Source: Candidatus Latescibacterota bacterium
Lineage (GTDB): Bacteria; Latescibacterota; UBA2968; UBA8231
DNA length: 64,000 bases
Reading direction: 5' to 3'
Assembly (NCBI GenBank): GCA_963422735.1
Contig: OY730476.1
Coordinates: 864,001 to 928,000, forward strand
Under the pieces are notes generated by a model. It was not told where the DNA came from, did not search any database, and was given only the letters and a program-made list of their open reading frames with translations. Below, piece after piece: positions 20,688 through 30,873 of the stretch (positions are counted from its first letter, which is position 1; every line of letters starts with the position of its first letter). The position numbers were made by a program, and so were the translations under genes.

Positions 20688-21025
20688 TCCTCCGCCTCAG
20701 GTCGCCAGCCAAACCGGTTCAAGTCGATGCGTTGCGCTGTAAAGACAACGCCCTCGCTGGCCAAAAGCTCGTATTGCAACAGATGGAATTTGCCGCCGCT
20801 GCGCGGCGAGACCTTGCCTTGGGCGTTAATGATGCGGTGCCAAGGTAGATCCCATTCCTCGGGCATCCCCGCTAGAGCAAAACCTACTTGCCGCGCCCGC
20901 CCCGGATAGCCGGCCAAGGTCGCGATCTGCCCGTAGGTAGCTACCTTGCCGTAGGGCACACAGGCGATGGTATCGTAGAACGCCCGGCGCATGGGGCTTT
21001 CAGCAGCTAGGCGCTGCGGCCTCAT
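20684..21025 (-). CDS. Alkyltransferase-like (MGMT family, Atl) protein
   Basis: VPYGKVATYGQIA...ARQVG...LPWHRIIN (Trp in place of the catalytic Cys). Confidence 0.88.
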   Translation of the reverse strand: MRPQRLAAESPMRRAFYDTIACVPYGKVATYGQIATLAGYPGRARQVGFALAGMPEEWDLPWHRIINAQGKVSPRSGGKFHLLQYELLASEGVVFTAQRIDLNRFGWRPEAED

Positions 21026-21224
21026 CGCGCCCTTCCAAAAAATCTAGGGCCTTGGCATAGCTGCGCTTCCCCAAGTAGTGGCGCAACATCCGCGGGATTT
21101 CGTTGCCCAGCTCTTGGCCGAGTTCGTCAAGCTGCCGCAGATGATCGGCAATCGACTCGGCCTCGCGGTTGTCGATGGCCGCCATCAGCGCTTGCAATGT
21201 GGTGTGCAATTGATCTAGTGCCAC
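21000..21224 (-). CDS. Small hypothetical protein
   Basis: Fills the operon gap; LRHYLGKRSYAKALDFL. Confidence 0.65.
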   Translation of the reverse strand: MALDQLHTTLQALMAAIDNREAESIADHLRQLDELGQELGNEIPRMLRHYLGKRSYAKALDFLEGRDEAAAPSC

Positions 21225-21227
21225 AAC

Positions 21228-21950
21228 TCAGGCCGCCATGATGAGGTAGGAAAGCCACTCGGCGTGCGGATTGCGAATCGCGTAGCGCATGCCCGGGGGC
21301 AGGTGGATCATATCCCCTTCCCGAATCTCCTGCGCGTCTCCGTCGGCTTCTAAGGTGCCGCTGTTTTCCAGCACGTAATAGACCTGCTCCAGCTCTGTGC
21401 AGCATTGCTCAACCGTCCGTCCGCGCGGCTGGACGGCCTCGCGGTCGATGCAGCGCAGCCCCTGCGTAAAGCCCACCCCCTCCTCGCCGACCGGGCCTAG
21501 CTGGTGCCAGCGCACCGCGCCCGCGCCGTCTCCCACCGCCGGTACGTCGCGCCAGTTGCGGATGGCAAACTCCCCGCTGTTGGCCGCGATTCTTTGGCTG
21601 ATCACGTGGTGTTCGAGCCAGTCCTCGCTGGTGTCGTTAAACATCTGGTGGTGGACGCCCGACGGCAGGTACACCGCGTCGCCCTCCTGCACGGGGAAGC
21701 GCTCCTTGTCAAAGAGCACGTGGCCGCTGCCCGAAAGCACGTAGTACACCTGTTCGAGGTTTTCGTGCTTGTGGTAATCCGAGTTTTTGCGGCCCTGTAG
21801 CGCGTGGCGGGCAAAGCCCTGTAGGCACTTAAGGCGATGGCGCGGATCAGGGTCGTCGTCGCCATCGCGGTCGCGCAGCCCGCCCCAATGCACAGCACTC
21901 AGGTGGGCTATGTTAGGTTGGACGTCGCGCCAATTGATGATGTAGGCCAT
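21228..21950 (-). CDS. Bicupin protein
   Basis: Two cupin repeats (HKHENLEQVYYV..GDAVYLPSGVHH; LEQVYYV..GDMIHLPPG). Confidence 0.82.
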   Translation of the reverse strand: MAYIINWRDVQPNIAHLSAVHWGGLRDRDGDDDPDPRHRLKCLQGFARHALQGRKNSDYHKHENLEQVYYVLSGSGHVLFDKERFPVQEGDAVYLPSGVHHQMFNDTSEDWLEHHVISQRIAANSGEFAIRNWRDVPAVGDGAGAVRWHQLGPVGEEGVGFTQGLRCIDREAVQPRGRTVEQCCTELEQVYYVLENSGTLEADGDAQEIREGDMIHLPPGMRYAIRNPHAEWLSYLIMAA

Positions 21951-21968
21951 GTCTCATTCCTCCTAGGT

Positions 21969-22760
21969 TTACAAAGCGGCAATTTGGCGCATTCGCGCCC
22001 CGAGATCGACGAGCTCCTCGCGGCTGCCGCCCACTTCGTGAATCAGCGTGGAATCGTATCCCACTGCCCGCAGGGCAGCCATGATCGCCGACCAGTCTGT
22101 ATCCCCTTCGAGCAGGTTGACGAAGCTGTGCTCGCTACGGCGAAAATCCTTGAAATGCACCTTTTTGATGCGCGGTCCCAACTCGCGGATCCAGTGCTCT
22201 GGATAGCCATAGGCCATCATGTTAGCCGTGTCGAGGTAGATACCTACCCACTCGCTGCCGATTTCATCGACGAAAAGCCGAGCTTCGCGCGGGCTGAGCA
22301 GGAATTTGTTCCAGACGTTTTCCAAGCCAATGGCCACCCCCATTTCCCCGGCCAAGGGGGCTGTGTCGATCAACGCGTCCCGCAACCTGTCCCAAGCCTG
22401 CTGATAGGTTCCTTCGACTTCTAGTTGGCCCGGGTGCAAAAGCACCCCATCGACCGACAGCGCGCCGGCGATCGCGAGCGAGCGCCGCAAGCACTTGAGG
22501 CACCGCTCGCGCTCGCCGGCATCGCGGCTGAGCAGGTTGCCGCGCTCTGGATACCAGACAATGACGCTGCCGATTTCAACGCCGGCGTCCTCGCATTGCT
22601 GCCCGACCTGCGCGATCTCATTGGCACTCATGTTCGGATCTAGGTCCTTGCCCTCGGCAAAGACCAACTCCACGGCTTGGTAGCCGGCGTCCTCGCACAA
22701 CCGCAGCGTGTCCTCCAGCGACGTGTTCCCCAAAACGATCTGCGTGATCCCTACTTTCAT
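21969..22760 (-). CDS. Sugar-phosphate isomerase/epimerase (TIM barrel)
   Basis: GLENVWNKFL, YLDTAN, VHFKDF, LIHEV. Confidence 0.85.
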   Translation of the reverse strand: MKVGITQIVLGNTSLEDTLRLCEDAGYQAVELVFAEGKDLDPNMSANEIAQVGQQCEDAGVEIGSVIVWYPERGNLLSRDAGERERCLKCLRRSLAIAGALSVDGVLLHPGQLEVEGTYQQAWDRLRDALIDTAPLAGEMGVAIGLENVWNKFLLSPREARLFVDEIGSEWVGIYLDTANMMAYGYPEHWIRELGPRIKKVHFKDFRRSEHSFVNLLEGDTDWSAIMAALRAVGYDSTLIHEVGGSREELVDLGARMRQIAAL

Positions 22761-22892
22761 AGCACACCTCTATTGAATATATCTAACGCGCTCAGTATGT
22801 TATGGGCTATCACATTCAGCCCGCAATTCGCTTTACGCCGACCCCTTCGGTCGGCGGCTATAACGTTTTACCCCTTCAACGAGGAGAGCAAA

Positions 22893-23825
22893 ATGGCAAA
22901 AAGAAAATCCGCCAAAAGCAAAAAGGGCAAAAAGGACTTTCATATCGGCTTTGTCGGCGTGGGGCGCATGGGGGCCAACATGGCCCGCAACTTCAACGAC
23001 AAGGGCTTCAACATCTCGGCCGTATTCGATGCCAACGGCCGCGCCGCCCGCAGCCTAGCCAAAGAGCTTGGCTGCGCTGCCCCCAAAACCCTGGCCGAAG
23101 TTACGGCCCAATCGGACGTGGTCGTTACCGTGGTCACCGACGACGCGGCCATGCGCTCAATTTTTGCCACTTCTGGCGACTCCCTGTTGGCCAATGCCAA
23201 AGGCACGACCTTTATCAACTGCGCCACCATCTCGCCTGCGGTCCACGTCGAAGTAGAAGAGCGCGCTGCCGCGGTCGGTGCTTCCTCCCTCGAAGGCTGC
23301 ATGGCCTCCAGCATCACCCAAGCGCGCCAAGGCACGCTGTATCTGATGTGCGGCGGCAAGCGCAGCGTCTTCAACCGCGTCCGGCCCATTCTCGACGCCC
23401 TGAGCGTCGATCTGCGCTATATCGGCACTGCCGGCCAAGCAGCCCAAGTCAAGGCCCTCGTCAACATGGTCATGAACATCAACACCGCCGGCTTGGCCGA
23501 GGGGTTGGGCCTAGGACAAGCGCTCGGATTGGACCTGAAAATGCTAATGAAGGTCTTCTCCCAGACCGGCGCTAACTCGCGCGTCCTAGAAACCGACGGC
23601 GAGGACATGACCATCCGCGACCACGAGTGTTATTTTTCCGCGGACCACGCGGCCAAGGATTCTGGCATCGCCCTCGCTCTGGCCCGCCAAAATAAGCTCA
23701 GTCTGCCGCTGGCGCAGGCGACCAAGCGCCAGTACGACAAAATGAAAAAACTGGGCCTCGGCGACTACGACAAATCGGGCATTGCCGAGCTGACCTTTCC
23801 CGGTCGCAAAGGCTCAAAACAGTAG
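22893..23825 (+). CDS. NAD(P)-dependent beta-hydroxyacid dehydrogenase family protein
   Basis: IGFVGVGRMGANMA, AAQVKALVNM, AAKDSGIA; RBS GAGGAG. Confidence 0.87.
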   Translation: MAKRKSAKSKKGKKDFHIGFVGVGRMGANMARNFNDKGFNISAVFDANGRAARSLAKELGCAAPKTLAEVTAQSDVVVTVVTDDAAMRSIFATSGDSLLANAKGTTFINCATISPAVHVEVEERAAAVGASSLEGCMASSITQARQGTLYLMCGGKRSVFNRVRPILDALSVDLRYIGTAGQAAQVKALVNMVMNINTAGLAEGLGLGQALGLDLKMLMKVFSQTGANSRVLETDGEDMTIRDHECYFSADHAAKDSGIALALARQNKLSLPLAQATKRQYDKMKKLGLGDYDKSGIAELTFPGRKGSKQ

Positions 23826-23835
23826 CTGCTTTCCG

Positions 23836-23868
23836 AGGGGCAGGTCGCCGCAGACTTGCCCCTTTCTT
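23836..23868. terminator. Hairpin between convergent genes
   Basis: AGGGGCAGGTC-N6-GACTTGCCCCT followed by TTCTT. Confidence 0.55.
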
Positions 23869-23870
23869 CG

Positions 23871-24878
23871 CTAGATGCGCCCGTGCCGGATGTCCACCAT
23901 CCGCTGGGTCAACTCAAACCGCAGCCCTTCCCCACTAAAAAATCGCACGAACTCATCGACCATCACCGAGAAATAGCGGCCAAATGTCTCGGGCGCATAC
24001 CAAGCTATGTGGGGGCTGACAAAAACGTTGGGCAGGTGGCGTAAGCAGCTATTGGGGGGCAGCGGCTCTGGGTCGAAGACATCGAGTCCGGCGATTAGCT
24101 CGCCCCGTGCGAGCCGCTGCGTCAGTTCCTCGTAATCCACGACCGGCCCGCGACAGCAATTGATCAAAATGCGGCCGCGGCCCAGCAAATCGAGCGCTCG
24201 CGCACCGATCATTTTTTCGGTCTTGGGCGTGTGTGGGACTTGGACTACGAGGATGTCGGCGTGTTGCAACACCTCGTCGAGCGAGCCGCGCACAATGCCC
24301 AATTCAGCGACCACTTCCTCGGGCAAATACGGGTCGGCGACGCGCAGCTTCACCCGAAAGGGGCCTAGTAATTCGACCAAGTGCTGCCCCACGTGCCCGC
24401 AGCCGACCAACCCGACCTTCTTGCCGGTCAATCCGCCGTGGACAAAGTCGTCGTTGCCCGCCTGCGCCCACTGCTCCTCGCCCGCCATCATCTGCCGATA
24501 GACCGCTGCCCCATTGCGCAGGCACAACAGCATCAGGGCCAAATCCCACTCGGCCACCGGCGCGGCCGAGGCGATATTGTCGGTATCCACGGCCAGCACA
24601 CCGCGCTCCCGAGCGGCCGCCAAGTCGATGCCCGTGCCAAAGCGATCCCCGCTGACGCCGGCGATCCGCAAGTCGGGGGCCCCTTCAAATACCGCTCGCG
24701 TCAGTTCGGGCAGCCGCCCCCCGAGGCGGATCGCGCCTTCACAACCAGCCAACGCCTCAATAAGAGCCCGCTCGGACAGGCACTCCGTCGGCTCGACGAT
24801 CTCGACCACTTGCCCTAAGCGCACCAAGTCCTCTGGCTGCGCATAACCGTGTGGATCCACCAACACTTTAGGTTTCAC
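23871..24878 (-). CDS. D-2-hydroxyacid dehydrogenase family protein
   Basis: VGLVGCGHVG, INCCRG, LDVFDPEPL, SPHIA. Confidence 0.87.
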   Translation of the reverse strand: MKPKVLVDPHGYAQPEDLVRLGQVVEIVEPTECLSERALIEALAGCEGAIRLGGRLPELTRAVFEGAPDLRIAGVSGDRFGTGIDLAAARERGVLAVDTDNIASAAPVAEWDLALMLLCLRNGAAVYRQMMAGEEQWAQAGNDDFVHGGLTGKKVGLVGCGHVGQHLVELLGPFRVKLRVADPYLPEEVVAELGIVRGSLDEVLQHADILVVQVPHTPKTEKMIGARALDLLGRGRILINCCRGPVVDYEELTQRLARGELIAGLDVFDPEPLPPNSCLRHLPNVFVSPHIAWYAPETFGRYFSVMVDEFVRFFSGEGLRFELTQRMVDIRHGRI

Positions 24879-25137
24879 CTATCACCTCCTCAATGCACAC
24901 AAGTATCCAGCCGCGCAATTCCCAATTCCCATCAGCCATTGCCCGCCACGTCCAAACGGCCACTAGTCGGCCAGTGCCAAAGGTTTCCATCCGACTTCTA
25001 ACATTAGGCCCAGTGCCGGCACCGCTCGGAGAGGGTGATCATGAAACCCACCGGGCCAAGACCCGGAAGCAGTTTTGATCGCCGCCACTGGACCACAAAC
25101 GTTTTTGTGTTGCTCGGCTTCCCGCGGCCTATCCTCA

Positions 25138-26154
25138 TCACTCATGCGTCGCCAACCAATCAACGACGGCCTGTCGCCGCGCCGCCTGTGTCTCTAGCCC
25201 TGCGGGTAGCTGGTACAACTCCCAAGCAATCGGATGCTCCAAGGTCTCGCCTACCTGCAAATAGACCCAAGGGCTTAACAACTCTAGTTCGGTGTAATCC
25301 GGGCAGGTATAGACCTCGGCACTCAGACCCCCGTCCGGGTAGCGCTGGGTCGCATCGCGGCGAAAGAACTCGGCCATGACTACGTCGCCGACAATGCCTG
25401 CCAGCCAGCGATCCGAGTCGGCCCCGGTCTTCTGTGCCTCCACCGGGTCGGGCACGAAAATCCCGATGTCACCCTCGATGGTAAAGTTGCGCATAGCCGC
25501 GCTCTCGGCAAAGCCAAAGGGGTGATAGCGCAGATCGAAGTGGCTGTGCGGGTTGAGCGGATAGAGGGTCTGCTCGGGCGGTTGGATCTGGGTGACGTTC
25601 CAAATGGTGTAGCGCAACGGCTCGACCTTGGCCGCGGCCAGCTTTTCGATCCGCTGGTGGATTTCCACGCGCGTACCCCGTTCCGCCAAGCGAATCTCGC
25701 GCACGCTGCGCGCCCCATTGTATTCGCTCACCGGGCTGGTGATCACCAGCCCCTGTGGCAGCAACTCAACCTCGTGTACTGCGCCGTCGAAAGCGTGGTC
25801 GGGCGGCCAAGAGTGTCCGTTGATTTTGACAAACTCGCTCTGCTGGTTGGGCCAGACCTTGTCGCCGCCGAAATTGGTCCACGCGTACTGGCCTTCCTCA
25901 TCAACATTGGGTTGGCCGTCGGGCAGCACCTGACCGTGCAGCTTGGGATCGGACCAGAGGATGTTTTCGCCCCCGATGAATCCGTAGTACATGATGCGAC
26001 CGATGGCCGGCACCACGACCACGCGCACATCGGGATTTGCAATTTCAATCGAGTTTGCCCAGCCCTCGTACTCTATTTCCTCGACTGCGACTTGGGCCAT
26101 AACGGGCGCGGCCAGCGCCAGGACCCACCCAATACTCCGTTGCAACTTGCACAT
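25138..26154 (-). CDS. Secreted hypothetical protein (DUF4380 / mutarotase-like fold)
   Basis: Signal peptide; VVVPAIGRIM, NFGGDKVWP, YTELELLSP. Confidence 0.65.
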   Translation of the reverse strand: MCKLQRSIGWVLALAAPVMAQVAVEEIEYEGWANSIEIANPDVRVVVVPAIGRIMYYGFIGGENILWSDPKLHGQVLPDGQPNVDEEGQYAWTNFGGDKVWPNQQSEFVKINGHSWPPDHAFDGAVHEVELLPQGLVITSPVSEYNGARSVREIRLAERGTRVEIHQRIEKLAAAKVEPLRYTIWNVTQIQPPEQTLYPLNPHSHFDLRYHPFGFAESAAMRNFTIEGDIGIFVPDPVEAQKTGADSDRWLAGIVGDVVMAEFFRRDATQRYPDGGLSAEVYTCPDYTELELLSPWVYLQVGETLEHPIAWELYQLPAGLETQAARRQAVVDWLATHE

Positions 26155-26276
26155 GTTCGTTCTCCACTGATTAACGGATGTTACGCACTTGGTATGAAGT
26201 GTGGTTCGCGGTCCGCGGTTGGTTTGCCCGCCTCATGGTGTGGGGCGGTCCTGGCCACCAACCACCGGCCACTAAA

Positions 26277-27407
26277 TCATCTGAGTGCCGAAACGCCGCC
26301 GCCTTTGAGGGCACGGGCGACTTCCTTTTCAACATCGCCTCGCGTGACCATGGTGGTATCGCCGATGCACTCCTGCACCAAGATGCCGTGGGCGGCCCCC
26401 CACTGCACGGCGTCGGCAGCTCCCCGGCCGTCGAGCAGCGCTGCGACCACGCCCGAGGCAAAGGAATCGCCACCGCCGGTGCGATCGGCGATTTCGATGT
26501 TTTCGCGCACGGCCGCCTCGTAGATTTCGCCCTCCTCGACATCGAAGAGCACCGCGCCCCAGTTAATGCGATCTGCCGTCAGCGCACCGCGCAACTGGGT
26601 GCCAATGTACTTGAGGTTCGGATAGTCATTGGCGACTTGGTGCAGCATCTTGGTGTAGGTCGCCAACCACTGATCAAAGCTGGCGTCTTTGGCCACCTTT
26701 TCGGCTTCGTAGCCCAGCGCGTCGTCAAAGTCGTCTTGGTTGCCGACGAGGAACTCGATGTGCGGCACAATAGCGCGATTGATCTGGCGGGCGCGCTCTT
26801 TGTCCGGCTCGACTTTGGAGCGATAGTTCAGGTCAAAGGAGCGGCCGGCGCCATACTCGCCAGCTTTCTGCATAGCCTCTAGCGCCAGCGCAGCCGTCTT
26901 CTCCGAGAGCAAGGTATAAATCCCGCCGGTGCTAAACCACCGGGTCCCCAACGCGCCGAAGAGATGATTCCAGTCCACATCGCCCGGTCCGATCTCGCGC
27001 ACCGGAGTATGGGCGCGATAGTACTCGGTCACCGAAGGCAATAGGCCCTTGCCAGCCCAAGTGAAGTTGATCCCGTTGTGTAAGGTACCTTTGGCGTCGG
27101 TGCTGAATTGGCCCTTGTCGCCGTTGTCAAACCAGATGATATGCCCGGTGTCCAGCCCAGCCTCGCGCAGTTGGTTTTCGATGTTGCGACCGATCCCGTC
27201 GTCAACGAGGGCCGTGATGACAGCCGCGCGCAAGCCGAAGCAATAGCTTAGGCCCTCGGCGACATTGGTCTCGCCGCCCCCATGCCAGATCCGGGCCGTG
27301 CGCGCCCGAGCCGTGGGCACTTGGCCCGGATCGATGCGCATGAGGACTTCGCCTAGGGCGATGGCGTCGTAGCGCGTCTGGTCTGCTGATTTGAGTTGGA
27401 TGCTCAT
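26277..27407 (-). CDS. PfkB-family sugar kinase (KdgK-like)
   Basis: GGGETNVA, SFDLNYR, DRTGGGDSFASG. Confidence 0.88.
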   Translation of the reverse strand: MSIQLKSADQTRYDAIALGEVLMRIDPGQVPTARARTARIWHGGGETNVAEGLSYCFGLRAAVITALVDDGIGRNIENQLREAGLDTGHIIWFDNGDKGQFSTDAKGTLHNGINFTWAGKGLLPSVTEYYRAHTPVREIGPGDVDWNHLFGALGTRWFSTGGIYTLLSEKTAALALEAMQKAGEYGAGRSFDLNYRSKVEPDKERARQINRAIVPHIEFLVGNQDDFDDALGYEAEKVAKDASFDQWLATYTKMLHQVANDYPNLKYIGTQLRGALTADRINWGAVLFDVEEGEIYEAAVRENIEIADRTGGGDSFASGVVAALLDGRGAADAVQWGAAHGILVQECIGDTTMVTRGDVEKEVARALKGGGVSALR

Positions 27408-27447
27408 GGAACCATTTTCCTCCTTGATTTTTGTATGGTTTTCTCGG

Positions 27448-28326
27448 TCATAGCTGCACCCGCACCCGGCTTTTTTTCTTTAGGGATTTCTCCAACGCCT
27501 CCAGCACCGCCACCGGCCCCAGCATGGTCTGCGCGGTCTCGTCGGTTTTGCCCGTGCGGAACATGGCGCAAAAATCGCGGACGCCGCTTAGATACTGGCT
27601 TTCGTCGAATGTGATCGGCTCGTCGATGCGGCCCTTTTCGCCAATGGCGCTTAGGTGAAAACCGGGAGAAGCACCCCCCACCAAGCTCAGGGTAGCCACG
27701 CAGCCGTCGCGGTAAGTGAGGCTGGCCGTGTGGTTGGCCCCGGCCCCGCGATGGATCTCGGCCCAGCGCATATCCGTGCCGAGCAGGCGCAGCACCATAT
27801 CCACTTGGTGAATGCCATAAAAAAAGACGCCGCCCCATTTCGACTTGATGTCGCAGGGGCCAGTGGCGACCACGGCCTGAATGGGGCCGAGCCGGTGCAT
27901 CTTTTGGGCAAAGGCCCGGTACGAAGCCTGTTTGGGCAACGTCGAAAAAGAACAGACCGGCACACCCAACGCCTCGGCCCGCGCCAAAAAGCGCTCTCCC
28001 TCGGCCTGGCGATAGCAGAACGGCTTGTCGATAAAAAGCGGGATCTTGGCCTCCAGCAGCGGCCAAGCCGCTGGCAGGTGTTCCTTACCGTGGCGATGAT
28101 CGACCACCGCCCCATCGACTTGGCCGATCAGTTCTTCAGGTGTGCGGACAATGTGCGGAATTTGACCAGCGGCCGCAGCGGCTTGCGCGTATTGGGCGGT
28201 CTCGCCCCACACGTGGGTCACCCGCACCCCTCGCACCCTTTTTTCGACATTGAGTACCTTGGCGATAGCTGCTGTGTGGCTGTTTTCCGCCCCGACGATG
28301 CCGATGTTTAGCATCTTATTCCTCAC
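27448..28326 (-). CDS. Gfo/Idh/MocA-family oxidoreductase
   Basis: IGIVGAENSH, FIDKPF, FYGIH. Confidence 0.8.
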   Translation of the reverse strand: MRNKMLNIGIVGAENSHTAAIAKVLNVEKRVRGVRVTHVWGETAQYAQAAAAAGQIPHIVRTPEELIGQVDGAVVDHRHGKEHLPAAWPLLEAKIPLFIDKPFCYRQAEGERFLARAEALGVPVCSFSTLPKQASYRAFAQKMHRLGPIQAVVATGPCDIKSKWGGVFFYGIHQVDMVLRLLGTDMRWAEIHRGAGANHTASLTYRDGCVATLSLVGGASPGFHLSAIGEKGRIDEPITFDESQYLSGVRDFCAMFRTGKTDETAQTMLGPVAVLEALEKSLKKKSRVRVQL

Positions 28327-29140
28327 CGAACGGCCACAGCTTCAACACCGTCTTGCCCAGCACCCACTCCAGATCCTCCGGCGCGATGAACTTCATCTCG
28401 TCGCGCACCACCGTCAGGGGCTCGGAGTATTCGGCTCTCGACAGGCACACTGGCCAATCCGTGCCCCACATGATGCGCTGCGGCCCAAAGGTCTGATACA
28501 CTTCCTCGACCATCTCATGCGTATCGGCCCAGGGGTAGCCCTGCTTGGAGAGCGACCAAGTGTGGCTGATCTTGACGTACGCGCACGGGTAACGGGCCAT
28601 ATCCATCAGCAATTGCCGCTCTTCCGGGTTGTCGGGATGAGCACTGGCCATGTGGTCAATGCAGCAATCCACATCCGGATAGCGGTCGAGAATCCGCGCC
28701 AAGTCCGGCAATCGGCTCGTCCCGGTCAGGATCAACATCGGGATTCCCAAATCCTCGGCTCGTGCAAAAATCGGGTCCATCCCCGGGCCTTTAAACCAAT
28801 CGCCGCTTTCGTCGCGCGACGGCGAGAGCCGCATCCCGTGCAGGCCGTGTTCCTCTGTCCACATCGAGATATGGTCGGCTGCGGCCGGGTCTTCGGGATT
28901 GATGCGCCCCACGGCCATGAAGCGGTCGGGATACTGCTTGATGACGTGGGCGACGTAGCTATTGTCCCAGCGGTAGTGGATGACCTGTACCAGCACGGTC
29001 TTTTCCACGCCGTTGGCGTCCATCAGTGCCAGTAGGTCTTCCGCTGTGTGGTCTTCGGCGGGCGGATTGGGATTTTCCGCCGGCCAAGGAAAGGCCGGAT
29101 CGTTGATCCATACGTGTACATGAGGGTCAATGATGCGCAT
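28316..29140 (-). CDS. Amidohydrolase_2 family protein (lactonase-like)
   Basis: IDPHVHVW, IDHM, YVKIS, MWGTDWP. Confidence 0.87.
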   Translation of the reverse strand: MRIIDPHVHVWINDPAFPWPAENPNPPAEDHTAEDLLALMDANGVEKTVLVQVIHYRWDNSYVAHVIKQYPDRFMAVGRINPEDPAAADHISMWTEEHGLHGMRLSPSRDESGDWFKGPGMDPIFARAEDLGIPMLILTGTSRLPDLARILDRYPDVDCCIDHMASAHPDNPEERQLLMDMARYPCAYVKISHTWSLSKQGYPWADTHEMVEEVYQTFGPQRIMWGTDWPVCLSRAEYSEPLTVVRDEMKFIAPEDLEWVLGKTVLKLWPFGEE

Positions 29141-29303
29141 GAAGGGTTCCTTTCTGCGAAATGGTTCGCGATAAAATGCTAAAAAGGACCGGAGGCGTCC
29201 AGAAAGGCTTGTTCAATCACTCTACGCCCGCGCTTGCTCGCCCGCCCACCGCCGCCTAGATTTGCCCGCATTCGCCGCTACTCCACACCCCAGGAGCCAC
29301 CCC

Positions 29304-30872
29304 TTGTTCGACTTGATCATTCGCAACGGCACCATCATCGACGGCACCCGCGCCGACCGCTATCCCGCCGATGTCGGCCTCCGCGCCGACCGCATCGCGG
29401 CCATCGGCGACCTCGGCGACACCCAATCACAGCACAGCATTGACGCCCAAGGCAAAATCGTCGCCCCGGGCTTTGTCGATGTCCACAACCACTCCGACGG
29501 CTGGCTCTTGCAGCAGCCCAACTTCCTCCCCAAGACCCTCCAAGGCTTTACCACCGAAGTCCTCATGGCCGACGGCATCTCCTACGCCCCGGTTGACGCT
29601 GCCACTCGCGCCCACTGGCTCTACTACATGCGCGCCCTCAACGGCCTGATGCAAAGCCACTACTCAGGCTGGGAGAGCCTCGCCGACTACATGCAGCTAC
29701 TCGACGGCCGCACTGCGCAAAACACCATCGCCCACCTTCCCTACGCCCACCTGCGAGCCATGGCCTGCGGCTGGGATCGCCGCGTCCCCGACGACGCGCA
29801 GATGGAAGAGATTCTCGCTGGGGTCGAGCGCGGCATGGCCGAAGGCGCGGTCGGCCTTTCGACCGGCCTCGACTACATCGCCGAATGCTTTGCCACCACC
29901 GACGAACTCGTCGAAGCCTGCACCGCTATGGCGGCCCAACAGGGCCTCTACGCCACCCACGTGCGCTACAAAAAGGGCACCCTCGCCGGGGTGCAGGAAG
30001 CCGTCGAAATCGGCCGGCGCGCCGGCGTCCCAGTCCATATTTCCCACTTCAAGGGCACCTCGCCCCAGCAAATCGACGAACTGCTGTCGTACGTGGACCA
30101 AACCGCCGTTCACGAGGTCGATTTCAGTTTTGACGTCTATCCCTACCTGCCCGGCTCGACCATGCTCAACTTCATGTTGCCCTATGAGGTGTGGGAAGAC
30201 GGTCCATTGGGCGTCCTGCCCAAACTCAACGATCCTGCGCTGCGCCGCCGCTTTGCCCGCGTCCTCGACCGCTACGCCAATCCGCTCAACCGGATGACCA
30301 TTGCTTGGCTGCCCGGGCGAGACAACGCCGGCTTTATCGGCCGCACCTTAGACGAATATGTCCAACAGGCCGACGCACCCCCAGCCGACGCGCTTTGCGA
30401 CCTGCTGATCGAAGAAAATTTGGCGGTTCTCCTCGTCTTTCACCACGGAGACGACGCTTTGGTGCATCCCTTCCTGTCGCACGACAAATACATGATGGGC
30501 AGCGATGGGATTTACTTTCCCGACGGTGCGGTTCACCCGCGTTTATACGGGTCGGCTGCTCGCTTGTTGGGACCTTGCGTGCGCGACCACAAGCTCTTCT
30601 CACTCGGAGACGCGGTGTACAAGCTGAGCACCTACCCGGCATCGCGGTTTGGACTTATGCAACGGGGGCAAATCGCCGAAGGCTTCTACGCCGATTTGGT
30701 CGTCTTTGACGCGGAGACTGTTGCGGATCGCGCTACCTACGCCGACCCCCACCAGTACTCGGTCGGCGTCGAGCACGTCCTCGTCAATGGGGTTCCCATC
30801 GTCCGCAACGGATGCGCGGTCGAGAGCTTGGGGCCGACTTGGCCGGGCCGCTACCTGAAGTTCAAGGCCTAA
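29304..30872 (+). CDS. N-acyl-D-amino-acid deacylase (D-aminoacylase family)
   Basis: APGFVDVHNHSD, GLSTGLDY, HISHFK, GSDG, HPRLYG; TTG start after AGGAG. Confidence 0.88.
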   Translation: MFDLIIRNGTIIDGTRADRYPADVGLRADRIAAIGDLGDTQSQHSIDAQGKIVAPGFVDVHNHSDGWLLQQPNFLPKTLQGFTTEVLMADGISYAPVDAATRAHWLYYMRALNGLMQSHYSGWESLADYMQLLDGRTAQNTIAHLPYAHLRAMACGWDRRVPDDAQMEEILAGVERGMAEGAVGLSTGLDYIAECFATTDELVEACTAMAAQQGLYATHVRYKKGTLAGVQEAVEIGRRAGVPVHISHFKGTSPQQIDELLSYVDQTAVHEVDFSFDVYPYLPGSTMLNFMLPYEVWEDGPLGVLPKLNDPALRRRFARVLDRYANPLNRMTIAWLPGRDNAGFIGRTLDEYVQQADAPPADALCDLLIEENLAVLLVFHHGDDALVHPFLSHDKYMMGSDGIYFPDGAVHPRLYGSAARLLGPCVRDHKLFSLGDAVYKLSTYPASRFGLMQRGQIAEGFYADLVVFDAETVADRATYADPHQYSVGVEHVLVNGVPIVRNGCAVESLGPTWPGRYLKFKA

Positions 30873-30873
30873 G

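Noticed and set aside
24890-25137. 250-bp gap that could hold a small ORF or RNA element
   Set aside because: No recognisable riboswitch, repeat or protein motif.
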